DNA of 64,000 nt. It comes from an uncultured Planctomycetota bacterium (lineage in GTDB: Bacteria > Planctomycetota > Planctomycetia > Isosphaerales > Isosphaeraceae). A program made the translations under genes and the position numbers. The stretch is taken from positions 1,632,001 through 1,696,000 of the forward strand of contig CAWGMQ010000008.1 of NCBI GenBank assembly GCA_963823665.1, written 5' to 3'. Positions 63,179 through 64,000 of the stretch are shown one piece after another. Below the pieces are notes generated by a model. That model ran no database searches and was not told the origin of the DNA. It saw nothing but the letters and a program-made list of their open reading frames with translations. Position 1 is the stretch's first letter, and the number at the start of each line of letters is the position of its first letter.

Positions 63179-64000
63179 ATGAACGTCCGACGTCATCGAT
63201 CGATTTTCCGTGCGGTTACCGGCTTTGCTCTCTCGCGGCCGCGCAGGCGAAATTCAATTCCACGGGTCGAGCCACTCGAAATCAGGCAGCTTCTCTCGAC
63301 AGTAAACTGGATCTCCACTACCAGCGGCTCCTGGGACGTGGCCAGGAACTGGAGCACCGACAAGGTCCCGGGACCGACGGACGACGTGGTCATTGATGTC
63401 TCGGGCGCGAGTCCGACCGTGACGATCGGCTCGAACGTCGAATCGGTGAATAGTATTACGGCCGACGATCCCCTGGTCATCTCCGGCGGCGGTTTGACGG
63501 TCGCGGCCAACTCGACGATCAGCGGCGGCCTGGCGATGACTGGCGGCTCACTGACAGCTAACGGGTCCGACGTTTCGTTGATGGTCACGGGGACGACGGC
63601 AGTTTCCGCGGGGAATCTGTCCACCCAAAATGGCGCGATGCTCAGCCTTCTACAACTGACGAGCTATACGGAACCGACTTTTGACAGCTCCACCACGCTC
63701 CAGGCATCGGGAACGGGAAGCGTGCTGTCACTGCCGGCTTTGACCTCCATCGCCACGACGTCCGGATTCGACACGACCTACGTTGAGGCACTGTCGGGAG
63801 GGGACATCGAGCTCCCCGTGGTGACGCAGCTCAGTGGGTCGATCGATGTCGAAAGCGAAAACGCCAGCAGCAGAGTCAACCTGTCGGGCCTCGCCGACTT
63901 TAATGGCGGGTCGCTCACGGTCACTAGCCAGGGGACCGTCCTGGATCCGGATCTCACGACCCTCAACGGAGTGAGCGTGACCCTCGACGGCACCGGGACG
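63179..64000 (+). CDS. Large planctomycete surface protein with LEPRxLL-type signal (partial)
   Basis: Manual translation: MNVRRHR...RVEPLEIRQLLSTVNWISTTSGSWDVARNWS..VPGPTDDVVID, then S/T/G-rich beta-helix-like sequence, open to the window end. Confidence 0.8.
   Translation, partial: MNVRRHRSIFRAVTGFALSRPRRRNSIPRVEPLEIRQLLSTVNWISTTSGSWDVARNWSTDKVPGPTDDVVIDVSGASPTVTIGSNVESVNSITADDPLVISGGGLTVAANSTISGGLAMTGGSLTANGSDVSLMVTGTTAVSAGNLSTQNGAMLSLLQLTSYTEPTFDSSTTLQASGTGSVLSLPALTSIATTSGFDTTYVEALSGGDIELPVVTQLSGSIDVESENASSRVNLSGLADFNGGSLTVTSQGTVLDPDLTTLNGVSVTLDGTGT

Overview
High-GC bacterial DNA that reads as Planctomycetota, probably Isosphaerales-like (DUF1559, DUF1592/DUF1552, DUF1080, LEPRxLL-type surface protein, ECF-kinase pair, planctomycete-type palindromic repeats); the taxonomy is inferred from gene content only. 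0.75-16 kb: five tandem ~940-970 aa ECF sigma factors, each fused through a transmembrane helix to a large extracytoplasmic beta-sandwich repeat region. Each is preceded by the same motif GGGA(T/C)A(C/A)-N17-CAGTA, whose variants co-vary with two sigma2/sigma4 subtypes. 16-27 kb: MFS transporter; a broken Rpn/DUF4351-like gene carrying a 151-bp MITE (13-bp TIR, 8-bp TSD) and two tandem separately translatable C-terminal modules; small envelope genes; DUF1080; DUF1592+DUF1552. 27.5-40 kb: alternative complex III (actA-F plus a possible actG), SCO and an A2-type caa3 oxidase, with many single-base frameshifts that are probably sequencing errors. 40-64 kb: large secreted proteins, hydrolases, a cobalamin riboswitch upstream of a small lipoprotein plus DUF1559 prepilin-like gene, two Ser/Thr kinase-TPR genes (one paired with a DPSD-type ECF) and the start of a large surface protein. 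No rRNA, tRNA or CRISPR array was seen. Family names are from motif recognition, not database searches.
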